A stretch of DNA of 63,778 bases, counting the filler, from Choristocarpus tenellus KU-1152 (taxonomy: Eukaryota > Protista > Phaeophyceae): assembly GCA_964200185.2 (NCBI GenBank). It is 5 parts of 5 records of this genome, joined end to end, with 100 filler letters (N's around TTAATTAATTAA, not from the genome) between each part and the next. Parts side by side here need not be neighbours in the genome. Positions count along the whole stretch, not along the records: positions 13,403 to 33,527 come from CAXNAD020000415.1; positions 33,628 to 49,088 come from CAXNAD020000996.1; 3 more parts are not named here. One strand, 5' to 3'. This document shows, in pieces, positions 25,801-37,638 of the stretch. The translations under genes were made by a program, and so were the position numbers. Position 1 is the stretch's first letter. Every line of letters starts with the position of its first letter. The notes beneath the pieces are model-generated. The model was given only the letters and a program-made list of their open reading frames with translations, made no database searches and was not told the DNA's origin.

Positions 25801-28800
25801 AAGCCCTTGTCTTTCTGGGTGTTTATGAGTTTGTGTACATGAACTACTTGTATTAACTTTTCGGTGGAGTTAGTAGTTGTGCTATTGCTATTATGGCCTT
25901 TAGCTCTTCCATGTATTTCAGAACATTTTGAGTAAGGTGTTGTAATGTTGTAATGGCAGGGTGGGTATGTATGTTACGTATGCAGTGTAGGTGTAGTAGC
26001 ATTTCATTTGTTAGTCTAACTGATTTATTGTGGTTGATTTATGTGAATTAGTGTAATGCTATTGTACATGTTTTTAGTGATTGTGACCTAAAGTAAAGTA
26101 GATGGCAGTGGTTGGTACTATGGATGGTTTTGAAAGCATTTGAATACTTATACATATTATTCTTGTTATGATAGTAACCTGTGCTGAGGACTTCGTTGCA
26201 GAAAGCTGATTATTATTACGATTATGATTATAATTATTATAATTATTATTATTATTATTATCAGCTGTCACGATTTGATCACATGTTACACATTTGAAAA
26301 TATCTAGAAAAAAATTATTACCAGTGGGAATTTCTTGTTTTTGTGGAGTAAAGGAATCTGATGTCAGGCAAAGAGAAATTTTTGATGAGAGTGTATTTTG
26401 GTATTTTTAAATTTGAAACTGCCTTTCAACTATCACTAGTCACTTGCTATCAACTAGGCAATAGGGTATACATATCTACTGTATGCTCCATTCTTCTTCT
26501 TCTTATTACCATTATTGTTATTATTGTTATTATAATGCTCAGAGGTGACTTGTTCAAATGTGTACAGATAGGCATGACTACATTATTTGATGGAACAAAT
26601 TCTGTTTGGGTAGGGAGGCGAAATTTTTTTGTGATATTTTACATACTATAGTGTTACATAGTGTTACATACTATAGTGTTACATACTATAGTGTTACATA
26701 CTATAGTGTTACATAGTTAATTGAGTGGTGGTACCAGTGCCTTGACCACGACCGTGCTTACTTCCTTGGTGGTACCTGTCAGATGTCAGTAGTGTGAAAT
26801 AGCTTCAGTGTGCTGTACAGTGTGCAGTAAATATTTCACCAGGCACTTGTGATGTGCGATAGACTCAATAATTATATTAAGAATAATAGTGGTAGTGATA
26901 ATTGATAATAACAATTATTACAGTAATAGCAATGTATTGTGAGGATCATAGGCTGTACCAATGGTCTTATGCTCTCTTAATTTAGAGCCTCTCGTGTCTT
27001 GTGAGGATGATCGGTGCCAAGGAGATGTTTTTACTGTTTATAGTGTTTTTTATTTTTTATTTTTATTCCTCCTGTTCTTATTGTGAATTTTACATCTTGT
27101 TTTACTAAAAATAGACCTGCTCAGACTGGATTAAAAAAAATCGATTCCCTAAATGAGTTTCTGTTGTTAGTATTAGTATTATTAATAGTAATAGTAATAG
27201 GTGTATAATAGTGATTGTGAATCAACAGGACGTACAATATATTTATAATTTAGTGATGATTGTTGCTTGTTGGGGTTCTGGCACACCATTGGAACACGTG
27301 ATGCACTAACACGTGACTAACATGTGACTAACACGTGACTAACATGTGACTAACACGTGACTAACATGTGACTAACATGTGACTAACATGTGACTAACAC
27401 GTGACTAACACATGACTAACATGTGACTAACACGTGACTAACATGTGACTAACATGTGACTAACACGTGACTAGTTAGGTACAGGCCAACTGCTTGGTTT
27501 GAAATGAAGTAACCAGTTGGTCTTTGTGTTGTTGGTAGACGGGCTAGGGGTTGGCTGACATAATCGGCCACTTTCACTGTGAACAGCAAGCAAGGCACAG
27601 TTTTAGATGAGACAGTAAAGGAGGAAAGAAAAAGAAAGAGGACTATATCACGATATGGAAATTGGCATGACAGCTTGCCTGATGATGATGATAACAGTAA
27701 TGATATGGAAAGTGGCATTAATAATGTGGAAAGTCTGGCTTTTGTGAGGTGCTGTATCCCTAACCCTTAACCCTTGACCTCAATTACCACATATCAAGGA
27801 TTGCCTTCTCAAGGTTATTGATTGGAAAGAAAACTTGGACAATGGAAGTAAAAATGTGATGGTGATTCTAGTCTTTATTCAACATCAATAGCTGTTGTAT
27901 GGTCCATTCAACACAATTTTTAATCAATAGGTATCAATATATGTGAATGCCTGGTGTTGTGAATGGGAGTGATCCAGTTGAATGAGTCCATCCCGTCAAA
28001 GAGTTAAAACAGTGACAATTGTAAAAAAACTTTTTTTGTTTTTGTTTCTCTGTGTGATGTGCATTTATTTTTTTGAATTTTGTTTGAAACAATAAATATG
28101 TGATCCTTGCCCTTGTCTCACTCAACTCAATCAAGTAAATGATATATTGTTGAGCTGATTTATGATCTGAAAAACCCATAAAATCTTTCTGTTGTCAAGG
28201 ATAGAATTTCACAATATGTTTGGAATATTGTATTATATTGTATTGTAACCCTAACCCTATTGTTTGGAAGGTGTAAGAAAGAAAAATACAGCAATGTGAG
28301 CTAGTGTTTGAAATTGGATACAGAGAAATGATACACATTTGACCAAGAGATAACTGCATTGCAGTCTCCTGCAATGATGTTGTGTCAACCTAAAAATGAT
28401 AACGTTTTGTTTGGTGATCTGAGACTTCATTATTACTATACTTCATTTACTATTGATAACATTGCTATTTAATAATATTCAGGAACAGATTTATACCAAC
28501 TATCTGGAGGTTTGTGAAATTTTTTGGAAAAATAATAATAAAAATAACAAAAATAAAATAAAATTATAATACCATGAATGAGTCGTAGCTGTAAGTATAT
28601 CCAGATTGACAAGATGATGTAGGTATAAGTGAGATGACTCAAAAACCATGCCACAAGCTCCAGAGTCGGATTGGTACCTTCAGATCAGACCAGAGAGACT
28701 TAGAGTGTCTCACAGGTCTTGTTAAGTATTGTTAAGTGTTGCTAAGTATTGCTAAGGACGTAACATTTTGGAATCGTTTCCCCTGAATCAAAACACAAAA

Positions 28801-31800
28801 CACAAAACACAAATAGGGACGAAGCAGCATATTGGATTCAGTTTTGTCCTTTCAAAATTGGTCCCAATGTGGAGATAGGATGTGTGATCCAGTTAATATT
28901 GTTGAAACATAAATAAATAAAAAAAATGGAATTTATTTGACCTTCGTTGAATCATTAAAAAAAATATTGGAGGCTTCTGCATTTTGAGAAGATCAATCCG
29001 AATTCTGGTTCAGAACCTTGGTTGTTGAAGAGGGAAAAGAGGTTAGAAAGGAATGGTCCACTGATTTGTCCACACTAATTTGATAACACTACTATTCTGT
29101 TTCTTTTATCCATGAATTTTCTTTTACTTGGAACCTTTTTCATTGATACTTTGGTCCATACATGTTCTACTGATATTTTTATTATTGTCTCCTATATTTA
29201 TTCATATTATTTTGGTTGATATCTGAAAAAAGGATACTTTTTGTGAAGATTGTGTTCCATTTGTTTTTATCATTTTCTAATGGTGAAAAAGTTCTTTCAG
29301 AATGAATGAAACACAGACACTTTTTCATAACTGTATCCAAGAAATTTCCCCACCCCAAATCAAAATCAACACGGTGCAACCCTCAAAATTTGATATTTTA
29401 AGATAGAACATTACTGTGGGATTTAAAGTATCTCTGTGAGGTTCTTTCTTGGCCAGACCACCCTGTTCTGATCTTCAAGCATACCTTTTTACATTCAGAA
29501 ATAAAATAATTTATTCCTAGGTCATTCAATGGTAAGAGTGTGAAGATGTAGTTGATATTTGTTGATATTTGTTGATATTTGTTGATATTTGTTGATATTT
29601 GTTGATATTAATCAAGATGAATGTTGTTTCTGAAGGTATTGCGGTGTTGATATTTGTTTATTTTTGTAAAAACCCCTTAACATGATATAGAACACAGGTA
29701 AGTTACGACATTAACATGATGGGGGTGTAAGTTGATGTTTCAATTGAACGTGTTCTACCCACAGGTACAAGATGGGTTCTTTGACTTGACTTGACTTGAC
29801 TTGACTTGACTTGTGAATGAACTGACCTTGCCAGAGGCGATAAACTTTTGAGTAAATCACACTCTACTAATGTAATTTATAAAGATTGTCCATTCTGCTA
29901 AATACATAAATATTATATATACATTTGATGCATGATGTGTGCAGGATTATCTTTTTTTGTATGTTGGTTGATTCTGGTTTTATATGATGGTGATACATTC
30001 AATTTAACTGATAATAATCTGTCCTGAATTATTAATTTCAAAGGGCCACTCATTGGTCCTACTGAAATAGATTGATACTGGCCTCATGCTGTGAATAGAT
30101 TGGTACTCAAATCTTTGACAACCCTGGGCTGTTTATGTTTGAAAATAGTTCATGAGACTGAGATATGAGACTGAGAGACGGCCCTGGTCTAGTCGAAATA
30201 GTTGATGGACCCTGTCAGGACGAATTTATCCATGGTTCACCCATCAAGATAAATCATTTGACACACAAGTCACCAATCAAGATATATCATTTCACACGCA
30301 GGTTGACCCGGTCAGAATGCGTGAAGCCTACTCACTTTTATTATTGTTATTAGGCCAAACTGTGGTGTTTCCTACTCATACTTTACAGTATATACTTGGT
30401 ACACACCGTGTGTAATGAGTGTTATGTGTGTAGTGAGTGTTATGTGTGTAATGAATGTTATGTGTGTAATGAATGTTACGTTCAATTCATATTTTGTTGT
30501 GTTTAGTGTGAATGTCTGTATTAATAATATATAATATCTGTATTAATGATCATTATCACACACTATATATATAATATCTGTATTAATGATCATCATCACA
30601 CACTATATATATAATATCTGTATTAATGATCATCATCACGCACAACATATATAATATCTGTATTAATGATCATCACACACTATACATATTGTGCCCTCCG
30701 ACATTTGGAAGATGTTGACAGATGTTGACAGATGTTTTCAAATGAAAGACGAGAAGAGACACAGTCATTACCCATCATGCATCAATGGTCAAGTAATATA
30801 TAATTGAATCATCTTTATTTTTCCGCACATGCTGCCTGACTTCGTGTCCATTTGTCAAAATGAATACATAAAAATGTTAAGGTTTTTAAGTACATAAAAA
30901 TTGTAGGGGTGTGAATTCAAAGAACACATGGGTACTGTTTGATCAATCAACTTGAAAAAGTTGTATTGTAAAGCTGAAAGGGTTAGGGTTGGATTGAATC
31001 TAAGGTTCACAAGGTGACGGAAGCGAATCATCCAGCACATGTATGAAATAATAATATTAGAATATTATAATATAATCATGTAGAATGAGTTGTTGATTGT
31101 TCTAAGATGACAGGAGTGGACCCTTGTAGTGATGAGGGTTACAAGACTTGTAAGACATTTTGAAATTCCTTTTGTTTTGTTTTCACAATAAGTTAATTTC
31201 AAATTAAATTGATCGTAACACGTAATACCAACTTCTTACCAAGAATAATTTGTCAGCAAACACTTAATTGTTTGAGATGTTGACTTGTTAGGATGTGTCC
31301 ATTTTAGAGACACTTATCGTGGGTACCGACCAGAATAAAATAAAATAAAATAAAATTAGCTGCTTGGGCTGGTCCGGAGTTGGACCTGTCTAGTGTGTCT
31401 GAACCAAAAAAAAACATGGGGCAATTTTGAACTGCCCTTGTGAAATGTCACTGGAATTGCTGGGTTGCCCATAGACCGGGCTGTTACAAGACTTTAGAAT
31501 ACTTTGGAATGATTTGGTGGAAAACGTTCAGACCTGTGTATTGTGGGACAAAATGAGGGTATGAGTGAAATATAATTTGTAGTGCTTGGTATGGGGTACC
31601 AGTATATTAGGGTTGAAAACCACCTTATCAGTGATCTCTCTCACCCTAATATCTCTTGGACCAGAGTGACAGAACAAAGTTTAGTGCTTTTTTAGTGGCA
31701 GTTAGTACAGGATACATTCATATGTAAGCAAAGGAACAGTGTTTTTTGAGAATGGTGCAGTAGAAATACTTTGTTTTCACTGGGAAGTCAAGAAAAGGAC

Positions 31801-33527
31801 AGAGGAAATGTCATGTACTGGATATAGATATGTAAGAAACAGAACTGTGATGTATTGTCAGCATGTGCATTGGGAGACAACTTTTTTTGTAGATGTTACT
31901 TGAAATTGATAATACTTTTTACATAGTACTTTTTACATAGTACTTTGTACCTCATCTGATTGGGGAGAATAGTCTTCATTGTAGGTTCAAGAACTTTCAT
32001 GACTGTACTTGTGAATCAAGTTTTTAGCATCCATATCCTCCCCTACTCCTTTCCCCAAACCCAACATTGACTCCCTTGCTTATGCAGGTGCCATCAACTG
32101 CAGCAGTGACACCTACAATGGCCTCTCGGGCAACCCTTAATTCAGGCAACCCCTGGGGTGGGGGCCGAGTATCTGGGACTTTACCCTCACCACGCCTGGG
32201 AGGGGCAGTTACAAGAAGAAAGGTAGGAGTGGCGATGCCTGGGCCAAGTCCATCTGCCTCTCCCCGTCTTCCCACCCACACTTCACAAAGGCTAGCTGAG
32301 GAGTGGCCCTCATTGGCAGACACAGCAGCAACACCAGCGCCAGCTCCTGCACCTGCACCTGCTGCTCAGCCTGCTGGTCGGCGGAACAGAAGGAAGAAGG
32401 CTGGGGGGACTCCTGTAGCTGCGGCGTCAATTGCACCACCAGCACCAGTGGTGCCTATCACCAGTCAGGCACAACTCGTCACAACTACAGAGGAGAAAGA
32501 CAAGCAGGAGCAGGCGCAGGTGCAGGTGCCAGTTTCACAGACCACTACAGTTCCCTCTCAACCTCCTGGCCTAGGGTTTGCACCAGAGGGTGGAGGTGGT
32601 GCTGTTCTTGGGGGGGAACCATTGGGGCAGGGAAAGTCATTGGCAGGTGATGGTGGTGATGCATCGAAGTCAACACCCTCTTCGTTGGGCATGCCTTCCA
32701 TGTTTTTAAACCCATTCTTTGGCAACGGAGTAAGCACTTCTGAGTCTGCGGCGCCTTTGTCTTTGGCAGGCGGTGCAGGGGCAGTGTCTGCTGCACCTGC
32801 CCCTCCAGGCTTCAGTTCCTTCCTGCCTCAGGGCAGTGGACTCACTTCGACAGTGCCTGTGCCAGTATCTGCTGGGGTGGTGCCAGTGTCTCTCACATCC
32901 CCAAACATTTCAACCAATGCAATGGGTACATCGAGTTCATCATCACTTGCTACACCAGGGGTGGAGATACCACGTTCTTTGTTTGGGGAGCATTTCAATG
33001 GAGACAGTGTTGGAGACAGTGTGTTCAGTGGTGGTATGTTCTCGTCCTCTGCAATTGGGGGAGGGATGTTTGCAGGGGCGGAGGTTAGGTCGTCTGCTGT
33101 GGCCCCAGGATCAGTGCCACCCAGCCCAGCAATGAGCATGGTCATGCCTGCCTCCCCAGCCACTTCTCAGGTGCCTATGCCGCCATCAGTTTCAGTATAT
33201 TCACCTGCGCAGGTGTTGACCACTCTAGGCTCGCCACCACGGGCAGCGCCAGGTTTGGGGATGCCATCACCTTTCGCTGATTCCCCTTTTGCTAATGGCT
33301 TAGGGAATGGCCAAGGAGGGAGTGGGTCAGTCACTGCCCCATACGGGCTGCCTGGGGGCACAACGATGGGAACAGTGACACCACCTGCACCAGGCTTAGC
33401 AGCTCCTTCTCCGTTTGGGTCTACATTTGGTGGGGGGCACTTCAGTGGGGCATTTGGGAGTGCATTGTTCCCCGTGTCATCTCATCAGGGTGCACGTTCT
33501 AACTCTGATGGAGGTGAAAGTGGAGAG
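22855..33527 (+). CDS. NOT4: CCR4-NOT subunit Not4/CNOT4 E3 ligase (C4C4 RING, RRM, C3H1 zinc finger), 3' end lost at contig break
   Basis: Exons 22855-23421, 23779-23870, 24701-25205, 32088->33527, phase compatible. CPLCCEVLDLSDKNFMPCPCGYRVCMWCWHRIKE..CPACR; MRVVQRNIVCV; EYFGQYGRIYKI; LRANFGTNKFCATFLRNSPCTNPDCLFLHELG. Assignment of the Pro/Gly/Ser-rich exon after the 6.9-kb intron rests on phase and position. Confidence 0.93.
26640..26717. repeat. 15-nt minisatellite (TACATACTATAGTGT)n in NOT4 intron
   Basis: About five units, one shortened. Confidence 0.9.
27305..27473. repeat. 11-nt minisatellite (ACTAACAYRTG)x15
   Basis: 15 consecutive units counted. Confidence 0.97.
29551..29609. repeat. 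(GTTGATATTT)x6
   Basis: Direct reading. Confidence 0.95.
30527..30685. repeat. 40-nt AT-rich minisatellite x4
   Basis: ATATATAATATCTGTATTAATGATCATYATCACACACT recurs with period 40. Confidence 0.92.
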
Positions 33528-33627
33528 NNNNNNNNNNNNNNNNNNNNNNNNNNNNNNNNNNNNNNNNNNNNTTAATTAATTAANNNNNNNNNNNNNNNNN
33601 NNNNNNNNNNNNNNNNNNNNNNNNNNN
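33528..33627. other. Artificial contig linker
   Basis: N44-TTAATTAATTAA-N44. Confidence 0.97.
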
Positions 33628-33731
33628 GGGGGGGAGGGGCATTTCACTACAGAGCACACAGCAACACTTTCATCACATTTTTAAAAAAATGAAACGAGAA
33701 CAAAACAATAAATAATGACACAAAAGTATCA

Positions 33732-33762
<31 letters not shown>

Positions 33763-35530
33763 CAAAAAAAAAGAAGCGAATCGAGGGTGCCGAGTACCGC
33801 GGCGATCCAAAATCGTTATTGCTGCCTCGATGACACCAACTAATAGCCCACAAACCCACAGACCAACACACTAGCACACTGCCGAACCAACACATCGCAA
33901 AAACAACACAAAAGATGTAAGTCAACACACCAGCGGGTAACAGACAGGCAGATCAGCAGACTATGGACTGACCAAGACAGCAAGAGCTGATGATGCAAAG
34001 CCACTGCTGATGGACACAAGCGACTCAACCGCTGAGCAAGAGAACAGGCCCAAGAATGAAATATATATAAGCTCGACTGACCAACCGAGGAGGCGTGCAC
34101 AAAACGCCTTCCAATGCATTCCAACACATTCCAGTAGAACCCTATCACCGGCATCCTGTCATCAAAGTAGTTGCACCCTCGAACGCTATCGATTTAGAAA
34201 TGACCGTATGCTCTGAAACCCCCCCCACCCCACCCCCTCCCCCAAACTCAACGCAGCTCTTCATCATCGTTTTAAGTTAATGCAAAAAATACTATTCATG
34301 AGACTGCATACGGACCAGGAATGGGACACACGCGTACCTAAGAAAAAATATATACCAATTAGTTGTTTGATACGAATTTTATCTCTTTGTAACATATAAA
34401 AAGAAAACTTTTTTTTAGGTCGCTCATTGCACTATCAATACACAAATATATATATATATATATATAAAGCCTGTGCATAGATCAGTGCACCGACAAGACC
34501 CTAACCCTACTCATATCCTAAACTCTAACCCTATCCATATCCAAGACCCTGGAAAACCCACACATGACCAAAAAGTCCAACTCTTATCTGAACCGTCAAA
34601 AACAGAAAATGTACAGAATAGGGTACCCCGGAGGCCGTTGCCCGCTGTTCACAGGAAAACGCTCCAATACACGCAAAAACCCATAATGCAATGTCACAGC
34701 GGACACAACCACAATCTTTGAAAATCCAATGAGTCGAGCCGTGGGTTGAGAGTACCGCATTCTGAAAATAGTAGTCCGACATATGCGAGCGGGATGCATC
34801 ACACGTAGACGCCTCCTCGAATGTGCATAAAAAGGAACAAAAGAGTGAATAGATTCCGAGTAAACGCCTGCTTGGCTATATAGAAATGAACAAAAAGGAG
34901 TGGAGTCGATGCAAGAATTGAACAACAACAAAAACAACAAAAACAAGCGAATCTGTGAAAAGATGCCAGTATATTCGACAAACAGAAACAGATCATTCTC
35001 TGTTCTGTAGGGTTATATTTTCTCACGTAAAACAAATAATAATGAAATGTTTGTGCGTGTCCGAGGCGGGGATTTATATCTCGTTAAAAATAATACTACA
35101 AGGTAACCTGCAAGATCATAGTACTCTAAATCTCCAGATCAACAGGCATTGGAAGCAATTTTTGCACAAACATTGGATGATGTTTTCATACATAACTACC
35201 TCTACATCAGCAGAAAGTTAAGCAAGTTGAATATTTATTAACAAGTCCGAGATCGATCCCCACCTGCCCCCCGTCCTCCCCTGAATCCCCCCTACCCACA
35301 AACATATTGTAACCGCACATGAGGCATTTTTCTAGAGCATTGTGGGTGCCTATACTCGACAGGAACATACACAGTATTAGACAAGGACACCCTCTAGCAT
35401 GTCTGTCACTAGCCATCACTCTAGCCCTCCCTACTCCAGTGCGAAACTCAACCTGGCTCAACCTGTTAAATGAACTTCAGCTCCATATCACTCGCCAAAA
35501 ATCTATCAACAAAACTATCCCTAGTCTTAC

Positions 35531-36560
35531 ATCAGTCTTATTTGAACAAGTGCTAGGGTCAAAGTTTGATCTCCCGTGGACTCGCCTTCCCCATCGTCGC
35601 CATCCTGGTCTTCCGTTGATCCCTCGCTGTCCGAATCCCCACCTTCGACGCGTCTCTGTCCCTGCCCCTGCCCCTGCCCCTTCCTGTCCAGTAGATTCTG
35701 ACCACGCCCTTGCCTCGGCTGGAGATGCGCCATGCCCGCCTCCGCAAGCACCTGGGAGGTGGACCCCTGAGGAGGCAAAGGTTAGATAATACACACGTTG
35801 AGACTGATGCGTGTTCATATAGCTATTTGGTTATTTGAAGGGAACGCAAAAGGTATTGGAGAGGAGAAACAGTATAGAATTGGTGAAAGCTTTCCATTTT
35901 TTGCAACCTTTATAACAAGGGATATTTTAAGGTAGCGCGCTGGACGGAAATTGAGAGACATGTGGTGCGTAGACTTCACGGTCTGGGAAAGAATCCCCCC
36001 ACGATCATCGAGGTTTGTTAGGGCTTTCACAAGGTAGCAAGGACTCTCCGTAGACCACCAAGCAAGTAACTAGTAGGCTGCCTTCCCACTGGATAGGGTG
36101 CATTCGAGAGTTGACCTCAAAAAGGTCAACAGTCCAACGCGATCCTCAAGCCAGGAACGGGCCACCCTACCTCCATCCGTCTTCCGTCTATACCCTGAAC
36201 CAGTCCCTGTGCCACATTGAGTCGCGTTGCTCTATGCCCTGCAGCAGCCATTCCTCGACGTGTGAGGCGACCTGCCACTCCCTTGCCCGTAGCACCCCAA
36301 GCAAAAGGCCTCTCAATTCCGTTATGAAAATTTTCCGCAAGGCACGAAACGCAGACCGGTTACAGTAGAGTGAAATACCATAAACGTTCTGTCCTTTCTC
36401 AAAATATTTTCTTCACCAACAAGGTGGGTCTCTCCCGACCTGAAAACTCCTCAGCTCCTCACACCAGGCAGGGTACAGACTACAGCAATCACAGATGTAA
36501 AGGTGACCAAGGCAATACAAGTAGCCGGTGGCACAGAGCGCAACAAGGCCCTCCCCGACC
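35531..36560 (-). CDS. Hypothetical protein, three internal exons; single hydrophobic segment followed by GQ-rich and acidic stalk
   Basis: AG/GT-bounded, phase-compatible exons 36560-36465, 36271-36171, 35766-35531: SGRALLRSVPPATCIALVTFTSVIAVVCTLPG-RLTRRGMAAAG...DGRRME-GSTSQVLAE...GQGQGQGQ...DSDSEGSTEDQDGDDGEG. Start (maybe 36749) and stop unresolved. Confidence 0.45.
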
Positions 36561-37068
36561 CTGATCCTTGAGCCCAGACCCGTATCCAGCACCGCAGACA
36601 GGACGGGTTAATAGAGCAATCTCAACGTAGAAACTGCAACGGCCACTCCCTTCCACAAGGCAAACCGTTAGAGAGTTGCGTGTTGTGTCCAAGTCGATAT
36701 CAGATCTCATCAGTGTTCGAAGTGTTCTTTTTGTCGTCCATCCAACCATCCATCGATTTTTTTATAGAGAGTAGTAGTGTATTCCCCCTCTCTTCACCTT
36801 CTAAGCTAAATTTTGTATTGTGGTTAGTATACTAAATATGTGCTTTCATACTATTAATAGTTAAATTACTCGATTGTTTTCCAAGTTTGTTGACACCTAC
36901 ACGTTGCCGCCACCACGAAGAAGATAGAAAATATTTTCGACAGAGAACCTAGGACCTCAAACCATCCAAGGTAACTTAGAGAGAGTCAGAGAGAATGTCT
37001 CCCAAGACATGCTGTTTTCATATGCAACAAATAATCTGGCAAGTTATACTTAGAGACCTAGCACTCAT

Positions 37069-37296
37069 GAGCCAAATCAATTGAGAGATAGGCAGTTTCG
37101 GACTCTTTTGCATTGTAAGCCATCTATCTTACAACATGCAATATACGCAAAATTGATATTTCCCCTTTCCGCGCACAACTGAGTGACACCACAATCAAGC
37201 AAAGGATACTTCTGTAACTGTACAATATGGCCTATTTTTGCCCCTTCTCGGGATCCTTCAAATACAACCCTGCCTTCCTCTCAGTTGGTTTGGGTA
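37069..37296. mobile_element. MITE family A copy
   Basis: GAGCCAAATCAATTGAGAGATAGGCAG ... CTGCCTTCCTCTCAGTTGGTTTGG. Confidence 0.75.
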
Positions 37297-37459
37297 TCAT
37301 TATCATGAACCCTGGAGGAGATGCTTTTTTTGAAGCACTCCTTTAACTGACACGTTGGTCAACCTCAACCCTCCAGTGCTGGAGCCCTTGATTAGCAGCC
37401 CATACCCATGTCACTCACTAATATACGAACAACACTGGAGGAAGTGGACAAGCACTCCA

Positions 37460-37638
37460 GACCCAAAGTATCTGGGAGGGGGTGGGGGGTCTATACTAGG
37501 GTGTCAATTTTACCATAATCAGGAAAAGTGCATTTATAGTATCCATCAGATGTATTCAACCAAATCACCCAAAAATAGTGACATGAAAAAAATGACCCTA
37601 AATGGATAGCCGCTACCCCGTCCCAGATACTTTTAGCC
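37460..37638. mobile_element. MITE family D (G-tract), complete copy with 4-bp TSD
   Basis: TIRs GACCCAAAGTATCTGGGA / TCCCAGATACTTTTAGCC, flanked by TCCA on both sides (37456-37459, 37639-37642). Confidence 0.8.
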
